From: Gemmatimonadales bacterium
Lineage (GTDB): Bacteria; Gemmatimonadota; Gemmatimonadetes; Gemmatimonadales; GWC2-71-9
Direction: 5' to 3'
DNA length: 64,000 bases
NCBI GenBank assembly: GCA_050733195.1
Contig: JBOHSH010000114.1
Coordinates: 5,389 to 69,388 of the forward strand
Part shown: piece by piece, positions 63,015 to 64,000 of the stretch
Layout of the letters: the number at the start of each line of letters is the position of its first letter
How positions within the stretch are numbered: the stretch's first letter is position 1
Translations under genes and position numbers: made by a program
The notes under the pieces: generated by a model
Told to the model about the DNA's origin: nothing
Database searches by the model: none
What the model saw: the letters and a program-made list of their open reading frames with translations, nothing else

Positions 63015-63572
63015 CCTGATTTCGAACGACGGTGGGCTGGTGATGCAGGCGCGGACGCAGGCTCCGCAGCCCACGCACCCCTCCCGCTTGAGCACCGGGT
63101 GGCCGTCCTCGTCGATCGCGAGCGCTTCTTCCCCCACCGGACAGGCATCGGCGCAGACTCGGCAGGGCGTGCCCTGGTACGTGACGCATCGCTCGGGGAC
63201 GAAGGTGAGGGCGGCCATGCGGTGGCCGCGCCACCCGTCGGGCGGGAGGGTGAGCGCTCCGGTCGGACAGGCCTGCACGCACGGCATGTCGTCGCACACC
63301 ACGCAGGGCTGGCTTCGGGGATCGAGGACGGGCGTACCGGCGGCGAGGCCCGCGCTGGTCGGGAGGGCGCTGATCGCGCCCGGCGGGCAGACCGGGGTGC
63401 AGGCGCCGCAGCGGGTGCAGGCCGTGAGGAAGGCGACCTCGGGAAGGGCACCGGGCGGCCGGAAATACTTCTCAGCTACCAGACGCTCTTCGGCCTGCGC
63501 GAGCATCCGCTCGCCCCACGTGCCGATGCTCTGGCGGAAGAAATCGCGACGATCGCCCGGAAGGAGCTGCAC
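63000..63572 (-). CDS. 4Fe-4S multi-cluster ferredoxin-type protein with twin-arginine-like N-terminus (NapG/MauM-like)
   Basis: 190 aa. N-terminal DRRDFFRQ. Four Cys clusters: CTRCGACTPVCP, CVVCDDMPCVQACP, CRVCADACP and CVGCGACVRAC. Confidence 0.8.
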   Translation of the reverse strand: MQLLPGDRRDFFRQSIGTWGERMLAQAEERLVAEKYFRPPGALPEVAFLTACTRCGACTPVCPPGAISALPTSAGLAAGTPVLDPRSQPCVVCDDMPCVQACPTGALTLPPDGWRGHRMAALTFVPERCVTYQGTPCRVCADACPVGEEALAIDEDGHPVLKREGCVGCGACVRACITSPPSFEIRPVER

Positions 63573-63582
63573 GCCCGGGAAT

Positions 63583-64000
63583 CTAGCGGGGTGGGAAGAG
63601 CGGAAAGATCCCCCGGGTGAGCCGCTCCAGGAGCCCCTCGCGGAGCACCGCGATCTGGGGTGACACCCCCGGTCGCTCGTCCGCGGGTGCGGTGTTGAAG
63701 GCGGCGATGACCGCGACGCCGCGCTCGGGCGCGGCGTAGAAGAACGAACGGAATCCCCGCTGGCTCCCGGTGTGCCCGATCAGCCGGATGCCGTCCCGAT
63801 TCCGGATGAAGAAGCCGGTGCCCACCGTATCGCCGGACGTTTCACCCGCCGCGCTCGAGAGCAGCGGACGCCACATCCCCTCGAGCGACGCGCGGGCGAG
63901 CACCGGCGCGGGTCCGGCCGCGGCCGGATGGCGGCCGAGCAGGAAGGCGAGGTAGCGGACCATGTCCCCGATCGGAGCGTTGAGCCCGCCGTTGGAGACC
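63583..64000 (-). CDS. serine hydrolase / beta-lactamase-family protein, N-terminus beyond window edge
   Basis: The reading frame stays open to the window end (..SNGGLNAPIGDMVRYLAFLLG..). GHTGSQRGFRSFFY carries the KTG-like HTG motif of class C/PBP-type serine hydrolases. Confidence 0.65.
   Translation of the reverse strand, partial: VSNGGLNAPIGDMVRYLAFLLGRHPAAAGPAPVLARASLEGMWRPLLSSAAGETSGDTVGTGFFIRNRDGIRLIGHTGSQRGFRSFFYAAPERGVAVIAAFNTAPADERPGVSPQIAVLREGLLERLTRGIFPLFPPR

Overview
A 64-kb, very GC-rich bacterial chromosomal segment. Gene content and the AAQ-type signal peptides suggest a Gemmatimonadota-like soil bacterium, but that is a guess. It is densely packed with about 62 protein genes. 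I recognised no rRNA, tRNA, CRISPR array, transposase, integrase or prophage genes. Most genes are housekeeping or envelope functions: ubiA-like and ubiE; an ECF sigma/anti-sigma module followed by a stand-alone H-NOX haem sensor; mrp/nifU/nrnA; an NSS transporter with a small subunit and an APC permease; guaB; gpmI; queD-fdhD-mobA-mobB-moeA; htpX-terC; a ThrC-like/MoaD-like/MoeZ sulfur-carrier operon; ada-alkA; a nearly complete lysine/DAP operon (M20-asd-lysC-dapB-dapA-dapD); a lipoprotein serpin; a GGDEF cyclase coupled to ETF-QO; nadC-etfAB-gcdH-marR; three tandem DUF4139-like paralogues with a metallophosphoesterase and a SprT-like protease; NAD-IDH; cstA; an MFS transporter; DUF885; and a split ManC-like pair with a Tat-type ferredoxin. 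Three things stand out. (1) Several families of 7-8 nt tandem micro-repeats (STRR-like) sit at most gene junctions. They often form inverted arrays able to fold into long hairpins, they supply the stop codons of many genes, and one is inserted in frame inside the MFS gene. (2) A clear yybP-ykoY (Mn2+) riboswitch with a terminator lies in front of htpX-terC, and a candidate H-type pseudoknot plus terminator leader lies in front of the ThrC-like/sulfur-carrier operon. (3) Three gene contexts are unusual: the orphan H-NOX, the triple DUF4139 cluster, and the GGDEF gene coupled to ETF-QO. Many long Arg/Pro/Gly-rich ORFs in the six-frame track are GC-driven shadow ORFs and were rejected. All family assignments come from reading motifs, not from database searches.
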